64,000 bases of DNA from Octopus sinensis (GCF_006345805.1 NC_043000.1:104222001-104286000); one strand, 5' to 3'; counted from the first letter of the stretch, positions 41,901-52,192 are shown. The notes: generated by a model not told the origin, from the letters alone. Numbers and translations are program-made.

Positions 41901-44900
41901 TTTTTTTTTTATATATATATATTTGTTGTTATTTAGCCAGAAGACAGTCCTGATCAAGCAGATCCTATAATCACACATTCCACCTATGACCATCTCGTTT
42001 TTTTTTTAGAGTTATGTAGGGCTCATCTTATGCCTTTCCTTAATTAAAATGGCAGGATATTATTTGAGGGATATTTGGCTGTTATTTCTAGCAGACCAAC
42101 TGAAAACAGAAGTTCCCTTGATGTTGAAGTATAGTTTGATTTCTCTCTCTTTCCCTTCAGTACTTTTAAGTTAAAGTCCTATATTGCTGACCTAAATGTC
42201 ATAGAACAGAAAAAAACATGTCTGTGTGTATATATATCGAGAATTATCCAGTATGTTTAACTTTTTTACATCTTGGGGAGTGTAAACAGAGCTAGAATGC
42301 TTTGGTTATGGGGGCAGCATTAGACATTCATATCAGTAGAGCATGTGTTAAAGAAAGCACCTTCTCCTGGCAATCTTGTGTTATGCAATGACAGCAGACA
42401 TTACAAAATAACCAAATCTTATAAAATAAAAGAAAGCATTTGAGAATCTGAAGGGTTTTGGATTTAAAGTTTAGGTTAGGGGTTAGTGTTTAGTTGTAAT
42501 TCAGTTTAAGGGTGGGGGAAAAGGTAAGAAGTCAAAAATATGTAGGTGGAGGTTATTTCTGGCATATTGAACAAACCACATCAAGGCTATGTTTGTCAGT
42601 TTAGGCATTCATGCATATGGAAATAGACAGATACTTTTGAAAATAACTGGTTGTTTGAACCAGACAGGTGTAGAGTTTTTCCAAAACTGGACAATGTTGG
42701 TGGGGATATTAAATGATCCCCCACTTCCAGAACCTTAATCTGTTTATTTTTTTGCATGGAATTCAAAAACAAATTCCTAGAAAGAAAAGTTTTGAAACAA
42801 GTTGGGTGGCAAGATTTTGAAAAGCTGTTTTGTGGGCAAAATCATAATGTCTGTTGTAAACAGGATCCAAAGAAATTTTTTTCATGGTAGTGGAGGTGGG
42901 TGTAGTCACATATTCTGTGTCTCATTACCATCTCAGCAGCTGTAATGCTATTGAAATATGTTGTTTTTCTTTGTAGCACCACATACCTTAGAAGAGAAAG
43001 ACAGTGTAAAACCACCACCAGGTTTTCCAGGTCTGGAGACAATGCTTCCTTTGTTACTGACAGCTGTTAGTGATGGAAGACTCACTCTTGAGGTAAAAGA
43101 TTTTTGTGTAACAAGCAACTAAAATATAGTATTCAATTGTTTCTTTCTCTTGGTTACTTGAAAGGTTAGTTGAAAAAAATTCAAATGAGGAAGTAATAAC
43201 AAAGCCTTATAAACATTTTGATGAAGGGTGTTCTTGTTTTTCCCCCCTCTGCTTAGCCATTAGAAGGGAATCCTCATGATCTTGTTATTTTATGAGGGCT
43301 TCTCAGATTATGATAGAAAGTTATCCTCAAACTAGAGACATGGTCCAAATATTTGCAGCATCGTAAACTGTGCTAAAGGCACCTAATGGCAAGGTGATAG
43401 TGTTAGATCTGGCTACAAGTCTACCACCATGAACTTCGAACATAAAGAATTGTAGCAAATACTGCAAGGCATATCATACCAATCTATTACCCTAGACCAG
43501 TGTTTTTCAAACTTTTTACTGGAACGGAACCCCAAGGAAACATTCCACTGGCTCGAGGAACCCCTGTGCAATAATTTAATAGTCTTATGCACACATATCT
43601 GCACAGGAGAATTAAAAATCACTGCCGATTTTAGCAGTTTTGTAACTTCTTTCGGAACCCTGGTTGAAAACCACTGCCCTAGACTGGTACTATATTTTAT
43701 TAACCACCGACAGATGAAACACAGACTTTACTTCAGTGATGCTTGAACTCCTCACAGGAAGCCAGAACAAATATCATAAGGTACTTTGTGGAATGCACTT
43801 ACAACTGAATTTGCTTTGGAAGATGGTTTAAATATTGCAGTGCTATATTCTATTGTTTCATTGCCAGCTTAAGTTCAAGGGATGACTATAAATCTATAGT
43901 GGTATATTGGGTCAAATTAAAATGGTATTCTGTTTAAAAGAAGTTTATTCATTTATTTCTCTAACATTCTGGAAAATTATAAGTCATTGGTTTATATTTA
44001 TATACTACTCTTACACACTTAGAAAATAGGGGCCACTTTATTGTAATATATTAATGTGATTCATTGATGCTGGTATCCCATAGTTGAGTGTTACATAACT
44101 TAAAACTGAAAGTAAATATGTTTGATTTTGTTGCATTAACTCCTCTTTTTCTATATTTTAGTTTTAAATTCTGACAAAGCATTGTTGGAATTTTGTTGTA
44201 CAAAAAAATTTAGGGAAACTGTGGGATATAACTTATTTTTCCCTCATTCCTGGCTTTTCGCTTACTTTTATTATTTATTTATGAATGAGACACAGCAATC
44301 ATTTGGTAATAAGCTGTGACTCTAAACACTGTTGCGTACCTCTGTCAAAAGCACATAGTTTAGTTTTTGCTAATTGACCTGATAAACAAAGCAGATTTAA
44401 CTGCCACTTCAAAATAAGATTTTTTAATATTGCATTTGGTGGGCTATAAGGGTTTGCTATAAGGTATCTGCTTGGCCAGTCATTGCTATAATGCTTTTGT
44501 TACCCTATTTCTGCTGAAATACACTGTTTTTCTTAAAATTAATTTTAAAAATAATGAATATAGTAAGATAACATAGTTGATATTAAGCAGATATTTGGAA
44601 ACCTGGCATTTTAATTTAGATCACTTTTGAAAAAGTAAGTTTATACCAATAGAACCAAGGGCAGTCTCGGGCAGGTTTTTATCAAAAAGGTTAATGCATT
44701 TCTGACTCTGAAATTGATGACATTGTTACTTGGTAGAGAAAATACCATGCATGATACTGCATATGTTTGTAGCTGAAAAAAATAACTAATTGTAATACAA
44801 TTTTTCCATCGTAAGTAGTTCCAAACCCACTGGCCCATGAAAACAGATGTTTTTCTTAACACAATGAGAATTCAGCATACTTTTCTAATGAGGCAACAGT

Positions 44901-47139
44901 AATTCAAAACAATTGATGTGCTTTGTACCTTTCAGGATATTATACTACGATTGCACTCCAACCCAAAGAAAATTTTCAATTTGCCTGATCAGCTTGACAC
45001 ATATGTGGAGGTAGATATGGACACATTTTATACAATTCCTAAGCAACCAAAACAGAGCAAATGCAAGTGGACTCCATTTGCAGGACACAGAGTGTGTGGA
45101 GCTGTTCGTCGTGTGGTGATCAGAGGAGAAATTGCCTATATTGATGGGGAGGTGAGTATTCTTTCTCTGTATCTATCTATCTATCTATCATTCGAATGCA
45201 GATGATTGATAAAATAGGGTTCTTATCATCCATCTTAGAGATTAATAGCTGTACCGTATATTCATGGCCAAGATTGATTTTGCATTACTCAGTCCACCTA
45301 GATGTCTGTATGTACATTGTACTATCACTCAGTTAATATCTTCATTATTATATCCTGTTTTGAGCATGCAGTTGTTTTCCATACCAATTTCATATTCAAA
45401 TCCTATGAAAGTTTCTGATTTTGAAAGTGTAGCTGCTAGAACAATAATAGCCTGGGCAAAGTTCAGAGAGCTCCTACCTCTGCTGGTGACAAAGGGCCTC
45501 TTGCTCAGAGTAAAAGATAGACTGTATGATGCATGTGTATGAACAGCCATGCTACATGACAGTGAAACCTGGGCCATGACTGCTGAGGACATGCATAAGC
45601 TTGCAAGGAATTAAGCCAGTGTGCTGTGCTGGATGTGTAATGTCAGTGTGCATACACCACAGAGTGTAAGTGTCCTGAGAGAAAACCTGGATTTAAGAAG
45701 CATCAGATGTGGTGTGCAAGAGAGATGTCTGCGCTGGTATGGTCATGTGTTGCGAATGAATGAAGACAGCTGTTTGAAAAAGTGTCACACCCTAGCATTT
45801 GAGGGAACCTGTGGAAGAGATAGACTCAGGAAAACCTGGGATGAGGTGGTGAAGCATGACCTTCGAACATTGGGCCTTACCGAGGCAATGACTAGTGACT
45901 GAGACCTTTGGGTATATACTGTGCTTGAGAAGATCCAACAAGCCAAGTGAGCCTATGGCCTATGCCAGTGGGTGTAACAAGCCTACTTATGGATACCCTT
46001 CATTCATTGGACAATAAACTTTGCTTGTGAAGACCTATTGAGGCAAGCGAAATGAAAATCAAAATCGCTGACGTGGCCGATGACAGTACTGCCTGATTGG
46101 CACTCGTGCCAGTGGAATGTTAAAAGCACATTCGAACGTGGGGTGTAACCAGCCCACTTATGAATACCCCTCATTCATTGGACAATGAACTTTGCTTGCA
46201 AAGACCTATTAAGGCAAGTGTAAACAAATCAATATCGCTGATGTGGCTGATAACAGTACCACCTGATTGGCACTCATGCCTGTGAAATGTTATAAGCACA
46301 TCCGAGCGTGATCGTTGCCAGGGCCTCGGATTGGCTCCTGTTCTGGTGACATATGAAAAGCACCATTCGAGCATGATCGTTGCCAGTGCCGCTGAACTGG
46401 CTCCTGTGTAGGTAGCACATAAAAACACCTTTTGAGCGTGGTTGTTGCCAGAACTGCCTGACTGGCCCTCATGCCGGTGGCACGTAAAAGTACCCTGTAC
46501 GCTCTCAGAGTGGTTGGGATTAGGAAAGGCATCCAGCTGTAGAAACTTTGCCGGATCAGATTGAGCTTGGTGCAGCCTCTGGTTCACCAGTGCTCAGTCA
46601 AACCGTCCAACCCATGGAAAGTGGACGTTAAATGATGATGATTATGCTTCAGCATCACTGCAGATTTTTTCTGTCATCAAACAGAAAGAACGGTTGATAA
46701 ACACTGTGATGTTTCCTTCATGGCTCAGTTTTCAATGTTAATTGAGTTCATTTATTGGTAATATCCTTGGACAAAACATAAATGCCAGCACATCCATTTA
46801 TGCTCCCTTTAGTAACCAGAATGTGTTTAAGAATTTTTTTTTTCTACCAAATTTGAACTCAGGTTCTGGTTCAACCAGGATTCGGTGTAGATGTTCGCTC
46901 ATTACCACAACCGACATCAAATCATCAACTACCAATCAATGAGCAGTTGACTGTTCAGATTCCGACAATGGCATCATTGTCACAGCCGCCATCTGAACCA
47001 ACAAGCCCCCGTAAAATGATTCCATCAACGACACTAACTGCTGCCAGCAACCAGCCTGGCCCATTTGCCTTCCCTGGTCGTGGCCTTCCAAAGATGTCAC
47101 AACCAACACATGAATCTCACCAGACTGTTTATCATCACG
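1477..47139 (+). CDS. CAD: CAD trifunctional protein (glutamine-dependent CPSase II / dihydroorotase / ATCase), partial: 30 exons from mid-GATase to the DHO-ATC linker
   Basis: Hand-spliced exons give a continuous 5034-nt frame with GATase motifs (SNGPGDP, GICLGHQ, QFHPE), CPS motifs ([52 protein letters not shown]) and DHO motifs ([28 protein letters not shown]). All introns GT-AG. Confidence 0.97.
1742..2210 (+). mobile_element. 5'-truncated RTE LINE 3' UTR with (GAT)n tail
   Basis: Similar to 46110-46642; ends gcatggaaagcggacgttaaacgatgatgatgatga. Confidence 0.8.
2685..2870 (+). CDS. CAD: CAD exon (GATase: YGNRGHNQP...QNHGFAV...KPFFS)
   Basis: atgcag acceptor, gtaaga donor, phase 2 to 2. 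Confidence 0.95.
3511..3612 (+). CDS. CAD: CAD exon (GATase: [14 protein letters not shown], catalytic His/Glu)
   Basis: ttgcag acceptor, gtaagg donor; not in ORF track, translated by hand. Confidence 0.95.
4779..4917 (+). CDS. CAD: CAD exon (GATase-CPS linker and CPS.A start: [25 protein letters not shown])
   Basis: cacag acceptor, gtcagt donor; translated by hand. Confidence 0.95.
7222..7353 (+). CDS. CAD: CAD exon ([44 protein letters not shown])
   Basis: ttgcag acceptor, gtaagt donor. Confidence 0.95.
8585..9250 (+). mobile_element. tRNA-derived SINE (family A), interrupted at its internal microsatellite by a 200-bp insertion
   Basis: A-box tggctgtgtgg, B-box ggttcagtccc, conserved body and tail gtcaaatgac. 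Confidence 0.85.
8801..9001 (-). mobile_element. Penelope-like/retrozyme-type terminal-repeat fragment containing a minimal hammerhead-like motif
   Basis: CpG-rich 200-bp insert between (TA)n runs; minus strand gttt-ccgacga-a-gag-ttccg-ctc-gaa-acgt-c-atac. Confidence 0.55.
9722..10128 (-). mobile_element. tRNA-derived SINE (family A), full length
   Basis: Reverse complement of the 37464-37851 consensus, with internal (TA)n. Confidence 0.9.
11056..11289 (+). CDS. CAD: CAD exon ([22 protein letters not shown]...TEDRKIF)
   Basis: tatag acceptor, gtaagt donor. Confidence 0.95.
13696..13917 (+). CDS. CAD: CAD exon ([15 protein letters not shown]...[16 protein letters not shown])
   Basis: ttcag acceptor, gtaagt donor. 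Confidence 0.95.
14756..15098 (+). mobile_element. tRNA-derived SINE (family A), older copy
   Basis: tggctgtgtggtaagtag...ggcaagtgtcttctact...gtcaaatgactgaaacaagtaaa. Confidence 0.85.
15886..16320 (+). mobile_element. tRNA-derived SINE (family A); part of duplicated block copy 1
   Basis: Full head, body and tail. Confidence 0.9.
16799..17190 (+). mobile_element. tRNA-derived SINE (family A); part of duplicated block copy 2
   Basis: Shares private variants with 15886-16320. Confidence 0.9.
17366..17562. repeat. (CT)n-type low-complexity tract running into the gap
   Basis: Directly visible. Confidence 0.95.
17563..17662. other. Assembly gap (100 N)
   Basis: Run of N. Confidence 1.
17663..17915 (+). 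mobile_element. SINE family A, 5' part lost in the gap
   Basis: actatagccttgggctgacc...gtcaaatgactgaaacaagtaaaagag. Confidence 0.85.
18040..19480 (-). mobile_element. 5'-truncated RTE-clade LINE (ORF C-terminus plus 3' UTR), decayed
   Basis: [38 protein letters not shown] typical of the post-RT region of RTE; 3' UTR resembles 22215-22700. Confidence 0.85.
20427..20615 (+). CDS. CAD: CAD exon ([26 protein letters not shown]...GECNIQYA)
   Basis: ttccag acceptor, gtaggt donor. Confidence 0.95.
22215..22700 (-). mobile_element. RTE LINE 3' UTR remnant
   Basis: gctggatgcccttcctaatgccaaccac and cagggtcactaagtaacttgcaagacaa; the latter recurs at about 18105-18135. Confidence 0.6.
22997..23230 (+). 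CDS. CAD: CAD exon ([27 protein letters not shown]...KIPRWDL)
   Basis: ttatag acceptor, gtaaga donor. Confidence 0.95.
23614..23669. repeat. 24-bp tandem duplication (2.3 copies)
   Basis: tagtttcagtattcccaagcagaa x2 plus tagtttca. Confidence 0.9.
23820..24186. mobile_element. Decayed hAT-type MITE
   Basis: Starts caggggtttctcaacc (hAT/Charlie-like terminus); right terminus degraded. Confidence 0.45.
24273..24410 (+). CDS. CAD: CAD exon ([30 protein letters not shown])
   Basis: ttccag acceptor, gtaact donor. Confidence 0.95.
25356..25523 (+). CDS. CAD: CAD exon ([14 protein letters not shown]...LTKIDRWFL)
   Basis: tccag acceptor, gtaagt donor; translated by hand. Confidence 0.93.
26132..26214 (+). 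CDS. CAD: CAD exon ([27 protein letters not shown])
   Basis: ttctag acceptor, gtaagc donor, phase 0 to 2. Confidence 0.9.
26647..26893 (+). CDS. CAD: CAD exon ([13 protein letters not shown]...[23 protein letters not shown] start)
   Basis: ttgcag acceptor, gtgagt donor. Confidence 0.95.
27041..27280. mobile_element. CpG-rich insertion in a TA/TG microsatellite with a 34-bp inverted repeat and hammerhead-like topology (Penelope-like?)
   Basis: 27044-27077 and 27187-27220 are reverse complements with 1 mismatch. Confidence 0.5.
27664..28102 (-). mobile_element. tRNA-derived SINE (family A), full length
   Basis: Reverse complement of consensus with internal (TA)/(CA)n. Confidence 0.9.
28460..28558 (+). 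CDS. CAD: CAD exon ([33 protein letters not shown])
   Basis: ctacag acceptor, gtaaca donor. Confidence 0.95.
29589..29690 (+). CDS. CAD: CAD exon ([34 protein letters not shown])
   Basis: tttcag acceptor, gtaaac donor; translated by hand. Confidence 0.95.
30057..30179 (+). CDS. CAD: CAD exon ([25 protein letters not shown]...)
   Basis: ttctag acceptor, gtaaga donor; translated by hand. Confidence 0.95.
30983..31165 (+). CDS. CAD: CAD exon ([21 protein letters not shown]...[13 protein letters not shown])
   Basis: ttgcag acceptor, gtaagt donor. Confidence 0.95.
31524..31742 (+). CDS. CAD: CAD exon (EIDVDAVA...[16 protein letters not shown]...[10 protein letters not shown])
   Basis: ctacag acceptor, gtttgt donor. 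Confidence 0.95.
32238..32405 (+). CDS. CAD: CAD exon ([22 protein letters not shown])
   Basis: ttttag acceptor, gtaaga donor. Confidence 0.95.
32983..33165 (+). CDS. CAD: CAD exon ([30 protein letters not shown])
   Basis: ttacag acceptor, gtaagg donor. Confidence 0.95.
33714..33818 (+). CDS. CAD: CAD exon ([12 protein letters not shown]...[22 protein letters not shown]-like domain)
   Basis: tttcag acceptor, gtaagc donor; translated by hand. Confidence 0.95.
33944..34192 (+). CDS. CAD: CAD exon (IKAVDWPYE...[10 protein letters not shown]...[15 protein letters not shown])
   Basis: ttccag acceptor, gtcaga donor. Confidence 0.95.
35824..35905 (+). CDS. CAD: CAD exon ([33 protein letters not shown] junction)
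   Basis: ttacag acceptor, gtaatg donor, phase 0 to 1. Confidence 0.93.
36191..36357 (+). CDS. CAD: CAD exon (DHO: [13 protein letters not shown]...[13 protein letters not shown])
   Basis: cctag acceptor, gtaatc donor; HxH zinc ligands. Confidence 0.95.
36864..37028 (+). CDS. CAD: CAD exon (DHO: [12 protein letters not shown]...ALKMYLNET)
   Basis: tttcag acceptor, gtactc donor; carboxylated-Lys motif LKMYLN. Confidence 0.95.
37051..37385 (-). mobile_element. RTE LINE 3' end / RTE-tailed repeat, 22 bp downstream of a CAD donor site
   Basis: (cat)n-cgtttaaagtccatgctagcatgggttggacgg. Confidence 0.75.
37403..38665 (-). mobile_element. Mariner (DD34D-type) element, internally deleted, with both TIRs; carries a nested SINE
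   Basis: [21 protein letters not shown] from 38475; C-terminal [19 protein letters not shown]; TIRs share tcccataaataata; TA at both ends. Confidence 0.85.
37464..37851 (+). mobile_element. tRNA-derived SINE (family A), inserted inside the mariner
   Basis: Full length ggcgcaggagtggctgtgtgg...gtaaaagagtaa. Confidence 0.92.
38697..39098 (+). mobile_element. tRNA-derived SINE (family A)
   Basis: Full head, body and tail. Confidence 0.88.
40100..40231 (+). CDS. CAD: CAD exon (DHO: HFENWP...CVHAEG...[11 protein letters not shown])
   Basis: ttatag acceptor, gtaagt donor; translated by hand. Confidence 0.95.
41688..41889 (+). CDS. CAD: CAD exon (DHO: [12 protein letters not shown]...DCFATDH)
   Basis: ttttag acceptor, gtgcaa donor, phase 0 to 1. 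Confidence 0.93.
42977..43092 (+). CDS. CAD: CAD exon (DHO: APHTLEEK...[26 protein letters not shown])
   Basis: ttgtag acceptor, gtaaaa donor; translated by hand. Confidence 0.95.
43498..43676. mobile_element. hAT-type MITE, 179 bp
   Basis: TIRs cagtgtttttcaa / ttgaaaaccactg; perfect 8-bp TSD ccctagac. Confidence 0.88.
44936..45151 (+). CDS. CAD: CAD exon (DHO end: [10 protein letters not shown]...KWTPFAG...[13 protein letters not shown])
   Basis: ttcag acceptor, gtgagt donor. Confidence 0.95.
45410..46642 (+). mobile_element. 5'-truncated RTE-clade LINE with complete 3' UTR and (GAT)n tail
   Basis: [12 protein letters not shown]...[15 protein letters not shown]...[11 protein letters not shown] with in-frame stops. 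Confidence 0.92.
46863..47139 (+). CDS. CAD: CAD exon ([12 protein letters not shown] followed by Pro/Ser/Thr-rich DHO-ATC linker)
   Basis: ctcag acceptor, gtaagt donor; start matches human VLVPPGYGQDVR as recalled; ends in phase 1. Confidence 0.9.
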
Positions 47140-47806
47140 GTAAGTTAAAACAGCAAATGTTTTCTGGATGTCCTTTCTCTCCCCGCCCTTTTTTTTTTCT
47201 CTCTCTCTCTCTCTACCAGTTTTCCTCTTTCTCACATTCATAATAATAACATGAATTGCTGAATTAAGTAGTGTTTTAATCCCAGCAGTCACTGAAGCAG
47301 GATGGTTTCTTATTTTCAACTTTTTGTTTATGTCAGCATGGGTTGTGCAAATTTAAATACTATATATTGTTATTAAACAAGTTGCTTTATTATAGCTGGA
47401 TGCTCTTCCTGCTAATCACTCACTCATCTGTAAAACAAGAGTGTAGAGCATGTTACCTGGACAAAGATCAATAGATGTTATGTACCTTACACAGGAACAC
47501 TTGGTGGCTGTTCCTCAGGATCTTAACTTCCAAGATATATCTGTTGATCATCCAAATTTGTATGGTTCCCTCAACCATCTTCACAGACTGGTTGCATATG
47601 AAAATATCCCCATGACACTTGTAGAGATTGGGTTTACTGATTGACCTTTTACAGGTTGGCTGTTTGTGAAAAGAGTTCAGCATGTAACCTGCTTTTAATG
47701 TCTAGTCAATAAACTACTGTCAAAACTAAACTAAGTGTTTCCTATGGTAATGTGTAAACAGTTAGTACCAGGTAAGTTGTAAATATGTTTAATATCTCAT
47801 CTAGAG

Positions 47807-47974
47807 CAGTGCTCCGCAACCAGTGTACCACAGGATGATGCTAGGTGTGCTGCAGTGTAACCTGAATATAATTTTTTCCTCTATACTTTTAGTTATATAT
47901 TCTTTAGTTCAGGTGGGCCACCGAATTTTGAAAAGAATGTGTACCGCAAGTGAAAAAAAGGTTGCGGAGCACTG
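47807..47974. mobile_element. hAT-type MITE, 168 bp
   Basis: Perfect 15-bp TIR cagtgctccgcaacc; TSD atctagag/gtctagag (7 of 8). Confidence 0.88.
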
Positions 47975-49059
47975 GTCTAGAGCATGCATTAACATGACTC
48001 TGATAATATCACTTACTCAGTACTAATATCACTCTACAAGTTATATATGATACTATTCTATGCATTTGTATCATCATCTCTATCATTAACCTTGATTGGC
48101 CATTGGATTATCCCTGATAACTACCAGACCAATATTTATTTTTTAAACAAATTGGAAAGTTGTGTATTGACATGCATGTATATATGAGCAGTAAGAATTT
48201 GTGTTAGTTTACTGCAAGGAACCAATTCCTTTCTTGAGACTATGTTGACAGATTGAGATGAAAAATTTGGGGGTATAATGATTGTATCTTGAGGTTTTCT
48301 TCTCAGATTAGCTAGGGGAGAAGCGAGTTGGTGTCGGCTTATCTTCTGAGAATTTATCTGGTTTACTGCTACGTAGTATTTAATTTTATTTATGTCTGTC
48401 ATGCTTGGTGTGTAAAAGTTTGTGCATTGTATTAACTGATACTATCAAAGTGAGGTCACTAAACTGAGAGCAGTTTTCTTTCTATTGAATCTCCATTAAT
48501 ATCGTTATGGAGAATTTTGTTTTCATTAATAAGTTGGTATACACACACACACACACACATATTAAAATATTTAGTAGTGTATCTTCATTTCTGTTCCTCT
48601 AACTAGATCATCAAAGGCAGTTAGCTACGATGGTACTTCCACTGCATTTGAATTTTGTGGAGACACTGGCAGATCATACAGATAATTGTTTGTGATACTT
48701 TCATTATGTCTGATCACCTTCCAACTGCTACAAAAACAAACAAAAAAAAGCCTTATTAACATGTGGGGATCTAGATAGCACAACTATGTCCCACCATCTT
48801 ACCCATTCCATTCCATTCACCTCATCAGAAAATTGTCCCTTTAAATGCTTTTTTATTTATTTTCAAGCTTTATTTTTATTTTGTTTATAATTTTAAAATG
48901 TTTCTCTTGCTTTGTTCTTTTTCTTTGTTTCTTTCTCCATCCCTTTTCCTGTATTTCTCCCTCCCATTTTTGTTTTTCACCCTTTCCTTTTTACCCTATT
49001 TCCTTGTCTCTATTCTTATCTGTAAAATAATGATGACCTTTGACATTTACCCATTCCAG

Positions 49060-49092
49060 GGAAACCAGACAGAAAAATACAACAGTTGGCAG
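49060..49092 (+). CDS. Candidate 33-nt CAD linker micro-exon (G)KPDRKIQQLA
   Basis: ccattccag acceptor, gtacca donor, phase 1-1 matching the upstream exon, open frame, long pyrimidine tracts on both sides. Confidence 0.5.
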
Positions 49093-49456
49093 GTACCACT
49101 GGTTTGCCTGTGTCTTTTACTTTTATTTAAAAAAAAAATACTTTCAATTTCTGCTTTTCTTTCTTTATCTTCCCCTCCCTACCCATGTATAACCCTAGTT
49201 CCTCTGGTTCAAGTGATCATTACACCAATATCAACTTTTACACCTAAGGCCTACCAATTAGACCCCTTTTGTTTGTGCTTTTCTTTTGTTACTCACTTTT
49301 CTTTCTTACCTAATAATTCAATTTATCTTCTTCCATTGATTTTGTTTATGTTGTGGCTTTCCTTTGTTCTCTTCTCTCCTCACCCTTATTTCTCTTAACA
49401 CTCCACTGCCTTGCAAATCTATAAGTAGCTCTCTCTCACTTTATATATATATATAT

Positions 49457-49512
<56 letters not shown>

Positions 49513-49979
49513 ATGTGTGTGGTTCTTACTTTGACAAGTGTGAATATAATTTTATCTCTGGGCTTTTAGGGGATAAAATTAGTTTAGTTCTTTTTGTTTT
49601 GCAGTGTTTAGTCTTTTCTTAATTCTTTTTTTAGCTATTTGAACTAATTTATGTTCATTTTTTTTCTTTTTTACAAATAGATTAAAACACGTGTGTGTGT
49701 GTTGTGTATATGTCGTTTTGGTTTTGGTAATTAGGATGTGGGCATATCTTCAAGAGTTTTTAGTCAATTGTCATATGAATGTCAGTACTTATAATACTTT
49801 TAAGTTCATAAAAGTTGACCTTAGTTTAATGAGAGATAACTCAGTCGGCCATATAAATGACAAGCTTCTGCACAAGTTTATATTTCCCAAATTTCATTCA
49901 GAGTATTGGTCAACCCAAGTCTAATAGAAGATATGTGTTCAAGGTGTCAAACAATGGGATCAAACCTGAACTGCAGTTG

Positions 49980-51060
49980 TTAAGAAATGACTTTGGAATC
50001 CCCTGCAACTCTTCTGGGCTGTTTCCTTGTTTAAGTTGGTGTGTGTGCTACCATAATCCTTGCCTTTAGTTCATCTCGAGTGTTACAAGGAGTTTTGTTG
50101 TTCTCTTGCTCAAATGCGCCCTACATAAATAATCAAGAGGGTTGCAGTGTGGGGAGTTAAGTGGTCAGATGTTAGGGGTGATGTGGTCGCAGAAATTGTC
50201 TGACAGCCATGACTAAGTTCTACTGCTTGTCTGGCATGGTGCAGAGTCCTGTTGCAAAACAAAGGGTCTTCCAGCAGCAGCACTACCTCCTCCAGGCATT
50301 TGGTGTAGGCCCCTGTGTTGAGTCTGAGGCTGTGTGGGAAGGTCAATAGAGGCATAACATTGCCATCACTAGTGACCACTCCAAACACCATGATGTTAAT
50401 TGGATGTTTGATTTTTATCACTCTCGGTACATGTTTTGGGGACACAGCGAACCAACAGCTGTTGTCTTCACCATCTGATCATGGCTGAAATTTTTCTCAT
50501 CTGAGAAACACCAAAGCATGTTTGGTTGGAGAGGATGCTTGAGTTTGTTCAAAAGCTTTGTAGCATGGTCTTTCATCTTGTATTAGGAATACCGAATGTC
50601 TTCATGCACTACCTGCCTGATAAGAAACTCAGGCACTCCCATGTCCCTGGCAATGGACCTGATTGACTTGGAGGGATCATTGTCAATCATGGCCTGGATC
50701 TCACCAACAAATTCAGGAGTTCTTTTCTTATAAGAACAATCAGTGAGTTTTCTGAGCTGCCGTAATTTTGTGATCAGCATTAGACTCATTCAACTCTTTC
50801 CGAATCTTCTGCACTTATCTCAAATTGACACCCAGACACTCTGAAATGTTCGTATTGGAGCTTCTGGTGCAGATGCCAAGCAGTACAGCATATTGTTTCC
50901 AAATTTGTGGCAGAGTGATTTGCATCATGGTGCTGTTTTTCTCACAGATGGTGCCCAACTGACCCTACTATACTGTGTAGTTGACAAAATCAAAAACAAA
51001 CAATGCGCATGCATGAAATTAAAAATATAAAATGGTGACAATTCACCAATCTCACCATAT
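49980..51060 (-). mobile_element. Tc1/mariner maT (DD37D-like) transposase relic
   Basis: TPEFVGEIQAMIDNDPSKSIRSIARDMGV, HPINIMVFGVVTSDG, C-terminal TPCNTRDELKARI; frameshifted. Confidence 0.85.
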
Positions 51061-51065
51061 ATATA

Positions 51066-52192
51066 TATAAAAGTTGAAAACAAAGTTCTCACACAACTTT
51101 TATTAACAATGATATACGATGAGGCAATGCAATGAAAAGCACATATCAAACATTAATATAATAATTGTTATTTTCAGTCACTTGCTTCCAGTGATGGGGT
51201 AGATCATGGATGCCTTTGTTGTAAAATTCAACTGGTTTGCTTTCGAAGTCTCCAAATGCTGTTATCAGTTCATCATCAGTTGTGAATGCTTTGGCATTCA
51301 AGAAGGTCTACACTGCCTGGAATAGGTGGTATTCTGTTGGTGCCAGGTTGGATGAGGGAGAACTTCTCACTCCAGCTCAAGTTTTTCACGAGTGAAATTT
51401 CCATGTGGTCAGTTGTTATCATGAAGAAACATGATAATTAGTCAATTCCAGGCGTTTTTGTGCAATTGTGTCTGCCACCCATTGCAATTGTTGACGGTAC
51501 AATTGAGCATTGATGGTCTGATTGCATTCCAACATTTCCCCCTAAATCACGCTCTTCATATCCCATACAGGTCAGCTTGGGGTTGTGCAGTTGTACCCTT
51601 GTCTGTCCAGCTTCTTTTGCATCATGTTCGAGTACAGACACCATTTCTCATCTTCTGTAACCACTTTGTTCAGCCAATCAAAACAATGCTTCTTGGACAG
51701 TAGTGTCCTGCAGGTATCTATGTGGCATTGACAAAGTTTGTCAATTTACATGGGGCCCATACGTTCAGTTTGCTGACTTTGCCCATTACCTCTAAATAAT
51801 GCAAACTGGCTGAAGCCAAACTTATCAGCCTGCTTACATGATGTCTGGTGTGGATCAGCTTTGATACAGACACACAAACAATCATTGTCATTAAGTGAGG
51901 GTTGACCACTTCTTAGCTGGTCTTGGATATTGATTGAGTTGGCCACACTGAAACTTCTTAAACCCATTGTGGACTGTTTGACAACAGTGTGTCTTCTCCA
52001 AATGCTTGGTTGTGATTTAGGCTGGACTTGTAATCATACACTGATAAAGTACATAGCTGTTTGTGAGTCATTTCCTGGACCATTTTTGGAACTTAGCTCT
52101 GAAATGATGAAAATGTTCATACTTATATGTATGTAAATCAGTAAATAGATAAGCATATATAAAGTTGTGCAGGAACTTTGTTTCCACCCTAA

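Noticed and set aside
47450-47644. ORF as alternative terminal CAD exon
   Set aside because: Open only in phase 0 after the cttacacag acceptor, while the upstream exon ends in phase 1 (which gives an early stop); no CAD similarity.
48607-48632. Candidate linker exon after ctaactag
   Set aside because: 26 nt to the nearest plausible donor, so not frame-preserving.
48898-49398. 166-aa hydrophobic ORF
   Set aside because: Artefact of a T/C-rich intronic tract.
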